Below, one piece after another: positions 29,114 to 37,478 of a stretch of 64,000 nucleotides of DNA (its first letter is position 1; every line of letters starts with the position of its first letter). A model generated the notes under the pieces. It was given only the letters and a program-made list of their open reading frames with translations. It was not told the origin of the DNA and did not search any database. The translations under genes were made by a program, and so were the position numbers. The stretch comes from Escherichia phage Baret: sequence record OR896834.1; one strand, written 5' to 3'.

Positions 29114-29176
29114 TAGATAAATAGGGGCAGAAGCCCCTACAATCTACTAATTCTCTAACTAATCAAGGATATTTTT

Positions 29177-29392
29177 ATGTTCTCTAAGAAACCACGTTCC
29201 GTTACTGAAATCGTTGCTTCCTTTACCACTATCACTGATGAGCTTCAAGCTCGTATTGAGGCTGATCAAAAAATTGCGGCGGATATTCAGAAACAGCAGG
29301 AAGAACTCGCTTTAAAGTTGGCTGAAACCAACAAGAGTGAAAAATCTGCCCAAACTATTATGGAAAATATCCTTAAACTGCTGGGCAAGTGA
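29177..29392 (+). CDS. hypothetical protein (71 aa)
   Basis: Track ORF. Confidence 0.45.
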   Translation: MFSKKPRSVTEIVASFTTITDELQARIEADQKIAADIQKQQEELALKLAETNKSEKSAQTIMENILKLLGK

Positions 29393-29401
29393 TTTAAATC
29401 A

Positions 29402-29424
29402 GGGGGCGAAAGCCCCTCTTATTT
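29402..29424 (+). terminator. Rho-independent terminator-like hairpin
   Basis: GGGGC-gaaa-GCCCC followed by TCTTATTT. Confidence 0.5.
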
Positions 29425-29433
29425 GGAGAAACT

Positions 29434-29670
29434 ATGCGTAATTTTGTAGCAAAGAATGATTTTAACCGTGCTAGCACTCATAAGTCCGCTAGAGATTATA
29501 CACGACTTTCTAGTCATGAGGTAATGGACACCTGTTATGAAGAGCTGGAAGGTAGCTGGAATGAATGGCCCGACTTCTCTATGGAAGAGAACTGGGATGT
29601 CAGTGAGGATATGCTTCCTGGCTTTAAAGACCCCAAGAAGTGGGAGTCTATTAAAGAGACAGCTCTTTAA
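29434..29670 (+). CDS. hypothetical protein (78 aa)
   Basis: Track ORF. Confidence 0.45.
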   Translation: MRNFVAKNDFNRASTHKSARDYTRLSSHEVMDTCYEELEGSWNEWPDFSMEENWDVSEDMLPGFKDPKKWESIKETAL

Positions 29671-29698
29671 TAGTTTTCTACACAGTAAAGGATAAGTT

Positions 29699-30400
29699 AT
29701 GAAAGTAAAACCATTTGGTATGCTAGATATTGAATCTCTAGGAACTCCAGGAGATTGTGGTACTACTCATATCGTAATGCCTTCTTTCGCTTTTGTGGCT
29801 ATGCATGGGGTTGATAAAGACCCTGATCTAGTATTTGTTACTTTGGATGTGCAGGATCAGCTTAATTCTGGTGCCAAAGTTACAGCATCTACTCTAGCAT
29901 TCTGGATGGATCAAGCTAAAAATAGCCCCTCTGCTATCCACATTATGGAAGCTATGAAGGAACGTAATACAAAACTGATTGCCTTCCAAAATGGTAAACA
30001 TCATTGCACTAATAAATTAGGCTCAAACTATGCTGCCTTCTCTATGGCTCAAAATATTATGGAGTTGGCTCTAGGCGAAAATGCTTTGTATTATGGCAAT
30101 GGCCCAGAGTTTGATATGACTATCTACTCTGCAAACACGTTCCATGCTGGAACCAATGAAGAGGTAGTTCCATGGAAATTCTGGAATTTGGGTAATGTTC
30201 GATCTCTTCGTAATCTCTGGATGCAAGCTGGATACAGTTATAAGGCTCTAGAGACCGAAGGTATTAGCTGGGCAATAGCTAAAATGGAGAAGATGGACAC
30301 CATTCGTTATGGGATCTATCCGGTTAAGCACGACCCAGCATTCGATGCCCTAGTTGAGAGTTATTGTGTTGCAGCTATGATCGAAAAAATGAAAATTTGA
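29699..30400 (+). CDS. DEDDh-type 3'-5' exonuclease (DnaQ/RNase T-like)
   Basis: Exo I FGMLDIESLG; Exo III H-x4-D in YPVKHDPAFDAL. Confidence 0.55.
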   Translation: MKVKPFGMLDIESLGTPGDCGTTHIVMPSFAFVAMHGVDKDPDLVFVTLDVQDQLNSGAKVTASTLAFWMDQAKNSPSAIHIMEAMKERNTKLIAFQNGKHHCTNKLGSNYAAFSMAQNIMELALGENALYYGNGPEFDMTIYSANTFHAGTNEEVVPWKFWNLGNVRSLRNLWMQAGYSYKALETEGISWAIAKMEKMDTIRYGIYPVKHDPAFDALVESYCVAAMIEKMKI

Positions 30401-30401
30401 T

Positions 30402-30430
30402 TTGCTTCCGGCTCCAAAATTCTGTATAAT
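30402..30430 (+). promoter_or_regulatory. sigma70 promoter (TTGCTT-17-TATAAT)
   Basis: ttgcttccggctccaaaattctgtataat, within the 3' end of the upstream CDS. Confidence 0.65.
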
Positions 30431-30470
30431 ATATTCATAAATTTGAGAAAACAATAAAAGGAAAACAAAT

Positions 30471-30653
30471 ATGCCAGTATCTAAAAATGTTCGTAAAAAT
30501 GGTAAGAAAGCTACTCGTAATCTGGGTATCCGTCGTATGGCTGAACGTCAATCAGGTATCCAGAAAATCTTTGATCTGCTAAATCGTGCTAATCCTAAAA
30601 TTGATAACAGTAATGATACTGTTCTGCGCACTCTGCTGGCAATTGGTCTGTAA
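30471..30653 (+). CDS. small basic protein (60 aa)
   Basis: Track ORF. Confidence 0.45.
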   Translation: MPVSKNVRKNGKKATRNLGIRRMAERQSGIQKIFDLLNRANPKIDNSNDTVLRTLLAIGL

Positions 30654-30706
30654 TAGACCAAATTTAAACAAATTCAAATCTCAAACTTCATATAAGGAAG
30701 CAAATA

Positions 30707-31345
30707 ATGACTACTCGTATCTCTAAAACTCGCGCTCTAGCAACTATCAAATCTCTGGAAGCTAAAATCCGTAAAGCTACTGAACAACAGCTTCTGATCG
30801 CTGTTGGTGAAGGTAAGGATAAAAATAAGGTTGTAGTTGGCGCTGCAATCGAAGTAGATGATTTATCTGAGCGTATTAAGACAGATTTCCAGTCTCTGCT
30901 GGATATGATGTCTCAGCGTGATCGTATCAAAGCTGCTCTGATTAAGAGCAATGCGGAAACAGTAGTTGAGATTGGCTCTCGTAAGATGACTGTTGCGGAA
31001 GCAATTGAAGCTAAGCGTTCTATGGAGCTTAAAGCTCAACTGCTGGCTAACATGCGTAAGCAGTTCCATGCCGCTACGGTTAAATTTAATACGCAGAAAG
31101 CACAGTTTGATGCTAAATATGAGCGTTTGCAGGATAGCATGGCTACCCGCGATAAGAAAACTTCCGAAGATGAAGTTAAAATGCAGCTCAACCTGCTGGA
31201 ACTCAAGAATACTCCATTCTTGATTGATCCGCTGGAACTGGAGAAGCTGATTAAGCAGCATGACGAGGAATACCAGGACTTTGCAACAAATGTTGACTTT
31301 GTTCTGTCCGAGTCTAACGCCTCTACCTTCATTGAAGTAGAGTAA
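30707..31345 (+). CDS. hypothetical coiled-coil protein (212 aa)
   Basis: Track ORF, AAGGAAG RBS. Confidence 0.55.
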   Translation: MTTRISKTRALATIKSLEAKIRKATEQQLLIAVGEGKDKNKVVVGAAIEVDDLSERIKTDFQSLLDMMSQRDRIKAALIKSNAETVVEIGSRKMTVAEAIEAKRSMELKAQLLANMRKQFHAATVKFNTQKAQFDAKYERLQDSMATRDKKTSEDEVKMQLNLLELKNTPFLIDPLELEKLIKQHDEEYQDFATNVDFVLSESNASTFIEVE

Positions 31346-31728
31346 TAATTTAAAAGCTAGTAAATCGGTAGACGAAAGCCCAAGCATCTTACCTCGCAGC
31401 AGCGGTTGAAATACGAGGTTAAATAAGACCGCTGACCATACTATAAAGTATAATCTATTGGAGATTATGTTTATTACACCAGCCTTTTAAGCTGACACGT
31501 AAGAACAAAGCGTCGTTGATATTACCGACACAACTTCAAAGATCAACATTTAAGTATGAAAGCTGAAAAGTTTAAAGAACTCAAACTTCTAAACTTCTAA
31601 AGCTAAAAGATGCAAAGTATTCGTTGATGATTCAAACCCTAGATCAAAGGTACATGGCTCATAAGATATGGCCTGTGGCGCCTCTAGGCTGTTTATCGGT
31701 TTACTAGTTTCACAATTTAAAAATGTAT

Positions 31729-31757
31729 TTGCTAATCCACTAAATTATATGTATAAT
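31729..31757 (+). promoter_or_regulatory. sigma70 promoter (TTGCTA-17-TATAAT)
   Basis: ttgctaatccactaaattatatgtataat. Confidence 0.65.
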
Positions 31758-31787
31758 ATATTTTTAAATTGATGAAACGAGGCTATT

Positions 31788-32105
31788 ATGACTTTTCATA
31801 TTTTGATTGATGATGTGCGTAATCTTCATGGAATGGACATTATCATTCGAACCCCAGAAGCCGCTGTAGAGTTTCTGAATAAAACTGATACCACAGGCCA
31901 TTTCGTTTATATGGATAATGACTTGGCTGTAGATGGTATGGAAGGTTATCAAATTCTTCGTTTACTCTTAGAATTTGGGCAGAGACCAAAGAAAGTGGTA
32001 CTAGTAACCTCGAACCCAGTAGCTAAGCAAAATATGCGTAATGATTTGCTTGACTTAGGGTATAAAGAAAATCCCAATCGTGTTGAATATGATTGGCAGG
32101 AGTAA
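31788..32105 (+). CDS. hypothetical protein, receiver-domain-like (105 aa)
   Basis: Track ORF; HILIDD...YMDNDLAVDGMEGYQIL loosely resembles a CheY-like acidic pocket. Confidence 0.4.
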   Translation: MTFHILIDDVRNLHGMDIIIRTPEAAVEFLNKTDTTGHFVYMDNDLAVDGMEGYQILRLLLEFGQRPKKVVLVTSNPVAKQNMRNDLLDLGYKENPNRVEYDWQE

Positions 32106-32110
32106 AAAGA

Positions 32111-32560
32111 ATGAAGGCAGCTTTGCTTTTAGTAGCTGCCCTTACCTTCAGCTTTAGTAGTCAGGCATCGCACGATGCAAAAGAAATAGATTGCATTGCT
32201 AAAAATATCTATTTCGAAAGTCGTGGTGAGGGCATAAAGGGAATGACGGCGATTGCACATGTTACTAAAAACCGTGTAAACTCCGGTAAATTCCCAGATT
32301 CCTACTGTAAAGTAGTATATCAGTCTAACCAGTTCTCTTGGGTATCTAAGAGACCAAAAGTTGATAAAACTGATGAGGCTTGGCAAACCGCCAAGAATTT
32401 AGCTAGAGTGATATACTACGTTGATTTACCACAAGATCCTACACATGGAGCACTATACTTCCATAGTGGTAAAGATAAACCTTACTGGACAAAGAAGTTT
32501 AAGAAAACAACTAAGATTAAGGGACATACGTTTTATAAACCTGTTGTCACTAAAACTTAA
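32111..32560 (+). CDS. secreted cell-wall hydrolase, SleB/CwlJ (Hydrolase_2) family
   Basis: Signal peptide MKAALLLVAALTFSFSSQA; core IYFESRGEG...AIAHVTKNRV...FP...VVYQSNQFSW. Confidence 0.65.
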   Translation: MKAALLLVAALTFSFSSQASHDAKEIDCIAKNIYFESRGEGIKGMTAIAHVTKNRVNSGKFPDSYCKVVYQSNQFSWVSKRPKVDKTDEAWQTAKNLARVIYYVDLPQDPTHGALYFHSGKDKPYWTKKFKKTTKIKGHTFYKPVVTKT

Positions 32561-32568
32561 AAATTTAC

Positions 32569-32597
32569 TTGCTTAAATACTTAAATTTCCGTATAAT
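32569..32597 (+). promoter_or_regulatory. sigma70 promoter (TTGCTT-17-TATAAT)
   Basis: ttgcttaaatacttaaatttccgtataat. Confidence 0.65.
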
Positions 32598-32628
32598 ACT
32601 TCCATAAATTAATGAGAGGAAGCGAAAT

Positions 32629-32799
32629 ATGAAATCAGTTGTAATTATTGGTGTTAACACTCGCGGTATTCGTACTACGAAAACTGTTAAAACTTCTAAC
32701 GTTGCTGAGATCACTACGAACCCTAAAAAGTTTGATTTCGCCAAAGTCTCAGCAGTTATGACAGAACGATCTTTTAACCAAGCGTTAGGAATGAAATAA
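32629..32799 (+). CDS. hypothetical micro-protein (56 aa), not in ORF track
   Basis: ATG 8 nt after GAGAGGA RBS and downstream of promoter; stop overlaps next ATG (ATGAAATAATGG). Confidence 0.45.
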   Translation: MKSVVIIGVNTRGIRTTKTVKTSNVAEITTNPKKFDFAKVSAVMTERSFNQALGMK

Positions 32800-33242
32800 T
32801 GGAAGAGAATATTTTAGATGTTTTGCGTAGAGCTTTGCAGGATTCTAAGTTTAATGGTTCTGATAAAGAAGTCGCTAAAAGCTATCAGACCATAATCGGG
32901 GATCTTCAGCGTATTAATAAAGATTTCATCACTTCTGAACAATTTGTGTCTTATCTCAAAGCTCAACTAAAAAGCATTAACCAGATGAAAGCTAAACTTC
33001 ATGGTCAAGATCTTGATAGTTATAGCTTGCAGTCCGCTCAGTATGAATACATTCTAAATAAGTGGTTGCAGGAGTATCTGCCTCCTCAGTTATCTGATAC
33101 TGAGATTCGTAAATACTTTGCAGAATTAGTTAAGCTAAACCCTGGAATTACAAAAGGTATGCTAATGAAAGCGATTAAGGAAGAATTTCCTGGGCGTTAT
33201 GATGGTGGTACTGCTGCTCAGATTGCTGGCGAATTTAATTAA
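32799..33242 (+). CDS. hypothetical protein (147 aa)
   Basis: Track ORF. Confidence 0.5.
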   Translation: MEENILDVLRRALQDSKFNGSDKEVAKSYQTIIGDLQRINKDFITSEQFVSYLKAQLKSINQMKAKLHGQDLDSYSLQSAQYEYILNKWLQEYLPPQLSDTEIRKYFAELVKLNPGITKGMLMKAIKEEFPGRYDGGTAAQIAGEFN

Positions 33243-33250
33243 AAATTTAT

Positions 33251-33279
33251 TTGCTAAATGCTTATAAATTCTGTATAAT
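33251..33279 (+). promoter_or_regulatory. sigma70 promoter (TTGCTA-17-TATAAT) driving an ORF-free RNA region
   Basis: aaaaatttatttgctaaatgcttataaattctgtataat; no ORF downstream for ~800 nt. Confidence 0.65.
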
Positions 33280-33299
33280 ATATTCATAAATTAGAGAAC

Positions 33300-34090
33300 A
33301 GCGAGCCGATTACGCTGAACTTGTCTTAATGTAAGATGCGTCAAGCACTAAGATTCGTTGAATAGAGTCGGTGGGTTAGTTGTAAAACTAGTACACAGGG
33401 GGCGGCAATCCCGGTTAGTGGCTAGAACGTGTAAAATGAGGCGTCTGAAACCTCTCCCCTAAACTCTTCTCTAATTTATAAATAGTGGGGTGTGGAAATC
33501 ACTTATGTAGTAACACTGCCGTCCTAGTATAATTGGTATTATCAAGCCGTAACTGGTGGAAGATGTAGGTTCGAATCCTACGGTCGGTAAGAACTGGATA
33601 ACTGATGCTTTTAACGTAAAAGCTTCCGAGGTTAGTTGCGCACTGCCTAAACCACGCGGTAGTTGGTTCCAGACTAACCAACCAGTCTGCTGAATAGTTT
33701 TATTACGATTTAACTATGCCCAGGCTAAAGAAGAACTTTAGAAGGTATTCTAGGGTAGTGAAGTTCTTTCTCCATATCGGAGTAGTTTTTCAAGCTATCC
33801 ACAAAGTGGGAAATGCTGACATGAGAGATGTCACTAATGGTGCACAATAGCACAGGTAATTCGCGATAACTCCTGTTGAGTAGCAGCAAAAGGTGGGAAG
33901 TCATGACCCCAAGCCTAACCGAGTCCTCAATATACCGCAGGACATAACCACTAAGTCACCCTGACTTAAACTGGAAAATAATAGACGTTACCGTATTTTG
34001 TCTTGAAATACTTAATGAGTGAGACTTATGACTCTCCCGGTATCGTCTGTATTTTTAAGAGTTTTTACGAGAGTTCTTAAAAATACTTAA
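33300..34090 (+). other. ORF-free structured region (candidate noncoding RNAs) upstream of tRNA-Arg
   Basis: No ORF of 60 aa or more; stacked hairpins (GTTGGTT/AACCAAC, AAGAACTT/AAGTTCTT, TTTTTAAGA/TCTTAAAAA); DnaA-box-like CTATCCACA. Confidence 0.3.
33518..33589 (+). pseudogene. tRNA-like element (degenerate)
   Basis: Canonical T-arm GTAGG-TTCGAAT-CCTAC and 6/7 acceptor pairing, but no convincing anticodon arm. Confidence 0.25.
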
Positions 34091-34091
34091 A

Positions 34092-34166
34092 CGGGGTGTA
34101 GTCTAAGGGATAGGCAGGAGTCTTCTAAATTCCTTTATGCAGGTTCGAATCCTGTCACCTCGGCCA
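34092..34166 (+). tRNA. tRNA-Arg (anticodon UCU), CCA encoded
   Basis: Acceptor CGGGGTG/CACCTCG, D-stem GTCT/AGGC, anticodon loop CTTCTAA, T-loop TTCGAAT, 3' GCCA. Confidence 0.8.
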
Positions 34167-34200
34167 ATTTTATTAACTGTAACTAAAACAAAGGAAATAT

Positions 34201-35148
34201 ATGTTTAATACTAAAAATATGAAAGAACTAACTTCTGAGCAGAAAGTAATTCGTACTATTAAACGTTGGGGGATTGGTGCTGTAGTTGGTTTAGCAGGTT
34301 TAATCCTAGCTTTTAATTCATATACTATTGTTTCTGATGGTACGGTTAAAACCCAAACATTTCTTGGTAAAGTAGATCCTAACCCAGTATTACCTGGTTT
34401 CCATCCTGTAAACCCATTTGCATCTTTCGATACTTTTAGTACAAAAGATATTGCTGTAAAATTAGATAAACTTCAGGTTCCTAGCCAGGATAAGTTTAAA
34501 TCCACTGTTGACCTGACTGTTATGTTGCAGTTTGATGGTTCTAAGGCACCGATTAACCGTATTAATGCAGGTACTCAGGATCAAGCATTAGACAAATATG
34601 TAACTGAAAAATTACTGTCTACTATTCGTGAGTTTGGTAAGTCTGTACCTAAAGCACAAGATTTATTTGATGCTAAAATTCAGGCTCAATTGCAAACTGC
34701 AATTCAACAGGAAGTTGAAGAGTATGCACGCCCATATGGCTACACAGTTAAGCAGGTGTTTCTTCAGGATATTACTTTGCCACCAGTAATCATGGAACAG
34801 GTACAGAATACCAAAGTTCGTGAAGAGCAAGTTAATGCTGCAAAAGCTGAACTGGCTCGCGTTGAACAAGAAGCTCAGCAGAAAGTTAAACAAGCAGAAG
34901 CAGACCGTGAAGCTCGTAATAACCAAGCTATTGCTAACGAACGCGACGCAGATGCTAAACTGTATGCAGCTAAGAAAGAAGCTGAAGCTAACGCCGCGCT
35001 GCAACGTACCATTACTCCTGAGATGATTCGCTGGAAGCAACTAGAAGTTGAAATGATTCGTGCTCAGAAGTATCAAGGTGGTGTACCGCAGACTGTGGTT
35101 GGCACTGGTTACGATGGCCAGATGATTATGGATATGCGTAATAAGTAA
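34201..35148 (+). CDS. SPFH/band-7 domain membrane protein (HflC/prohibitin-like)
   Basis: N-terminal TM helix IGAVVGLAGLILAF; SPFH-like core; C-terminal Ala/Glu/Gln-rich coiled coil. Confidence 0.55.
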   Translation: MFNTKNMKELTSEQKVIRTIKRWGIGAVVGLAGLILAFNSYTIVSDGTVKTQTFLGKVDPNPVLPGFHPVNPFASFDTFSTKDIAVKLDKLQVPSQDKFKSTVDLTVMLQFDGSKAPINRINAGTQDQALDKYVTEKLLSTIREFGKSVPKAQDLFDAKIQAQLQTAIQQEVEEYARPYGYTVKQVFLQDITLPPVIMEQVQNTKVREEQVNAAKAELARVEQEAQQKVKQAEADREARNNQAIANERDADAKLYAAKKEAEANAALQRTITPEMIRWKQLEVEMIRAQKYQGGVPQTVVGTGYDGQMIMDMRNK

Positions 35149-35171
35149 TATCCACGCGTAATATTCGAAGT

Positions 35172-35206
35172 AAGCCCTGTGTTTCCTGGAGAGCGCAGGG
35201 CTTTTC
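35172..35206 (+). terminator. Rho-independent terminator
   Basis: AGCCCTG...CAGGGCT hairpin followed by TTTTCTG. Confidence 0.6.
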
Positions 35207-35245
35207 TGTATAATGTATTTATACAACTAACTAGGGGATCAAATA

Positions 35246-35764
35246 ATGACTGTTGATGAACTAACAGAACATCTCTTATCTAGAGGGTTTGATACAGATA
35301 AATATCACTGCTGGCTAAGCCCAGAAGGATGGCTAACAGTCCCATTGTATGACTTCTCTGGGATGTTGAGAGGCTATCAGACTTATAATCCTTCTGCTCC
35401 AAAAGGTCATGGTAAATGCCCCTTTGAAGCTAGATATTTTACTTATTCTACTACACAGTGTGTATGGGGACTAGAAACTCTCAATGGAGACGAAAAAGTA
35501 GTATTGATTGCTGAATCTGTATTTAAGGCAGTTGCGTTACATAACGCTGGTTATCCAGCCCTGGCAATGTTGGGTTCTTCCCCCGGAAAAGCGTTGTTAA
35601 AGCAATTGAAATTACTACCTTTTAAATTGGTAGCTGTTGGGGATAATGATCCTGCTGGTGAAAAATTTGCTAGACAATTAAATGGATTTGTTTCTCCTGT
35701 AGATGTGGATGAGATGTCTACCGAAAACTTGAAAAATTTTCTTGCTATGAAGCTAAATTTCTAA
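35246..35764 (+). CDS. TOPRIM-domain protein (172 aa)
   Basis: VVLIAESVFKAV (E) ... LVAVGDNDPAGEKFA (DxD) fits TOPRIM; promoter TTGCTA embedded in its 3' end. Confidence 0.5.
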   Translation: MTVDELTEHLLSRGFDTDKYHCWLSPEGWLTVPLYDFSGMLRGYQTYNPSAPKGHGKCPFEARYFTYSTTQCVWGLETLNGDEKVVLIAESVFKAVALHNAGYPALAMLGSSPGKALLKQLKLLPFKLVAVGDNDPAGEKFARQLNGFVSPVDVDEMSTENLKNFLAMKLNF

Positions 35765-35770
35765 TATAAT
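35742..35770 (+). promoter_or_regulatory. sigma70 promoter (TTGCTA-17-TATAAT) for tRNA transcription unit
   Basis: ttgctatgaagctaaatttctaatataat. Confidence 0.6.
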
Positions 35771-35784
35771 ATATTTATAAATTC

Positions 35785-35873
35785 GGAAGAATAGCATAAC
35801 GGTATTGCAGCAGATTGCTAATCTGTCGGTTTGAAATATAGCCTTGTGGGTTCGATTCCCACTTCTTCCGCCA
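35785..35873 (+). tRNA. tRNA-Ser (anticodon GCU), type II, CCA encoded
   Basis: Acceptor GGAAGAA/TTCTTCC, anticodon arm GCAGA-TTGCTAA-TCTGT, long variable arm, T-arm GTGGG-TTCGATT-CCCAC. Confidence 0.8.
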
Positions 35874-35879
35874 AATTCT

Positions 35880-35957
35880 GGTTCTCAAGCTCATATGGTA
35901 TGAGCACCCGGCTCATAACCGGAAGGTACGTAGGTTCGAATCCTCGGGGAGCCACCA
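35880..35957 (+). tRNA. tRNA with CAU anticodon (Met/Ile2-type), CCA encoded
   Basis: Acceptor GGTTCTC/GGGAGCC, D-arm GCTC...GAGC, anticodon loop CTCATAA; T-stem has mismatches. Confidence 0.5.
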
Positions 35958-35977
35958 ACTTAATTAGGGGATTACAA

Positions 35978-36166
35978 GTGGAATTATACATAGTTTATGT
36001 TGTGTTTATTCAAGATAGAGAATACCCTGATGAATATAAAAAAGGATATAGGTTAGCCAGAGCTACTTCTGAAGCCCAAGCTATGGATAAAGTGGCAGAT
36101 TATATGCTTACAGTAGAAAACGTACACTACATCGACTACCTTGAAGCCTCAAAAGTAATTGACTAA
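35978..36166 (+). CDS. hypothetical protein (62 aa, GTG start)
   Basis: Track ORF trimmed to exclude tRNAs; GTG after AGGGGA. Confidence 0.35.
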   Translation: MELYIVYVVFIQDREYPDEYKKGYRLARATSEAQAMDKVADYMLTVENVHYIDYLEASKVID

Positions 36167-36173
36167 ACTACAC

Positions 36174-36250
36174 GGGGGTGTAATCGAATTGGCATAGGTA
36201 CTGGACTTAAAATTCAGGTTTTGTGGGTTCGAATCCCACCACCCCTACCA
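36174..36250 (+). tRNA. tRNA with UAA anticodon (Leu by anticodon), type I length, CCA encoded
   Basis: Acceptor GGGGGTG/CACCCCT, anticodon arm CTGGA-CTTAAAA-TTCAG, T-arm GTGGG-TTCGAAT-CCCAC; D region GAATTGGCATA lacks a clear stem. Confidence 0.55.
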
Positions 36251-36265
36251 AATTAAGGAAATAAG

Positions 36266-36433
36266 ATGTATAGACACCCACCTCCGCCAACACGTCGTTC
36301 TAGAGAAGTTATCCTCATGGAATTGACTAAAAACTTCAAGGCAACTCTTGAGGATAGAGATTTAGGCACGGATGAAGACATTGATTTTATTTGTAGACTA
36401 TTAAAGATGAAACTGGAGAAACAACATGGCTAA
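36266..36433 (+). CDS. hypothetical micro-protein (55 aa), not in ORF track
   Basis: ATG after AAGGAA RBS; overlaps next ORF start. Confidence 0.35.
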   Translation: MYRHPPPPTRRSREVILMELTKNFKATLEDRDLGTDEDIDFICRLLKMKLEKQHG

Positions 36434-36632
36434 TCCTGAAATTACCATGCAACGATTCATGGCTAAAGGCATGATAGCTGAGGCAGGCATTGAACAAGAA
36501 GTAAAAAGTTATTACGAACAGATTAAGGGTATTGTAGACTCGGCTAAAAACACCGGAGAAAAAGAACATGGTGCGGCAATTATGGCTATAACTCTTATTA
36601 GTCTAGACTTGGCCGAAGAATCTGGAGTTTAG
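36426..36632 (+). CDS. hypothetical protein (68 aa)
   Basis: Track ORF, GGAG RBS. Confidence 0.45.
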   Translation: MANPEITMQRFMAKGMIAEAGIEQEVKSYYEQIKGIVDSAKNTGEKEHGAAIMAITLISLDLAEESGV

Positions 36633-36662
36633 CTCCTCCAAACAGAATTTTTAAAAATGTAC

Positions 36663-36692
36663 TTGCCTTTTGCCTTAAATTTCTGATATAAT
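36663..36692 (+). promoter_or_regulatory. sigma70 promoter (TTGCCT-18-TATAAT)
   Basis: acttgccttttgccttaaatttctgatataat. Confidence 0.6.
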
Positions 36693-36722
36693 AATTATAT
36701 AAATTGATGGAGGAGTTAACGA

Positions 36723-36998
36723 ATGCAAAATCGTGTTGTAGCAACTGGTATTGAAAGTGCAATCTGTAAATCCTGGGAAGGCTGGGAAGGTGAGATTGAA
36801 TGGCTTTATTTCTATGATGTAGAACTTCTACCGGAAGTTAAAGCTAAATGTATTGAAGCTGGCATGGCTCCAGATGCAAAAGCTGATATTGATATTTTAA
36901 TGTCTGAACTTAAAGGTCGTGTAGTTACCGTTAGTAATGAGGGCGAAGAAGTTTTCGAACTTCCATTTTCCTTAACTGTCACTCCTAAGTTCGACTAA
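36723..36998 (+). CDS. hypothetical protein (91 aa)
   Basis: Track ORF, GGAGGAG RBS. Confidence 0.5.
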   Translation: MQNRVVATGIESAICKSWEGWEGEIEWLYFYDVELLPEVKAKCIEAGMAPDAKADIDILMSELKGRVVTVSNEGEEVFELPFSLTVTPKFD

Positions 36999-37006
36999 CT
37001 AATACA

Positions 37007-37045
37007 GCACTGAGCAAGTTCTTTAAAATTTGACTTGCTCAGTGC
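37007..37045. repeat. 12-bp perfect inverted repeat enclosing the -35 of the next promoter
   Basis: GCACTGAGCAAG (37007-18) and CTTGCTCAGTGC (37034-45). Confidence 0.6.
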
Positions 37046-37063
37046 CTTAAAACTTGATATAAT
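37035..37063 (+). promoter_or_regulatory. sigma70 promoter (TTGCTC-17-TATAAT) for tRNA unit
   Basis: ttgctcagtgccttaaaacttgatataat. Confidence 0.6.
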
Positions 37064-37079
37064 AGTTATCTAATTCGGA

Positions 37080-37129
37080 AACATATTTAAAAGTGTTTAA
37101 ACTAGTATTTGAATACTTTTAAATATGTT
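37080..37129. repeat. 15-bp perfect inverted repeat (leader hairpin) abutting tRNA-Tyr 5' end
   Basis: AACATATTTAAAAGT (37080-94) and ACTTTTAAATATGTT (37115-29), 20-nt spacer containing GTTTAAAC. Confidence 0.7.
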
Positions 37130-37217
37130 GGATTAGTATCGTAGAGGTAGCGAAGCAGACTGTAAATCTGCCGACTCGGAAGGGTCTCGGGTGGTTCGAC
37201 TCCATCATCCAACACCA
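37127..37217 (+). tRNA. tRNA-Tyr (anticodon GUA), type II, CCA encoded
   Basis: Acceptor GTTGGAT/ATCCAAC, anticodon arm GCAGA-CTGTAAA-TCTGC, long variable arm, T-arm GGTGG-TTCGACT-CCATC. Confidence 0.8.
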
Positions 37218-37224
37218 AATTTAA

Positions 37225-37301
37225 GTCCTGTTAGACAAACTGGTAAAGTCACTACCCTTTCAAGGTAGGGTTTGCGGGTTCGATCCCCGCACAGGACGCC
37301 A
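37225..37301 (+). tRNA. tRNA-Glu (anticodon UUC), CCA encoded
   Basis: Acceptor GTCCTGT/ACAGGAC, anticodon arm CTACC-CTTTCAA-GGTAG, T-arm GCGGG-TTCGATC-CCCGC. Confidence 0.8.
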
Positions 37302-37310
37302 ATTAATAAT

Positions 37311-37381
37311 TGGGGTACGCATAGGTTGCAAATGGGCCTCCAAAACCCATGAAAAGGTTTCGAATACCTTTACCCCTGCCA
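37311..37381 (+). tRNA. tRNA, probable Trp (anticodon CCA), CCA encoded
   Basis: T-arm AAGGT-TTCGAAT-ACCTT, acceptor TGGGGTA/TACCCCT (1:72 mismatch), anticodon loop CTCCAAA with 4-bp stem. Confidence 0.45.
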
Positions 37382-37387
37382 AAATTT

Positions 37388-37462
37388 GCACCTTTAGCTG
37401 AGATGGATTAGCGCTTGCCTGAAGAGCTTGAGAGGTTCGTTCGATACGAACAGGGTGCACCA
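37388..37462 (+). tRNA. tRNA, possibly Phe (anticodon GAA), CCA encoded
   Basis: Acceptor GCACCTT/AGGGTGC, D-arm GCT...AGC, T-arm GTTCG-TTCGATA-CGAAC; loop CTGAAGA but anticodon stem has U-U mismatches. Confidence 0.45.
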
Positions 37463-37478
37463 AATTGAAGGAGATGCT

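Noticed and set aside
35831-35977. 5' portion of track ORF 35831-36166
   Set aside because: Overlaps tRNA-Ser and a CAU tRNA on the same strand; only the distal GTG-initiated part was kept, at low confidence.
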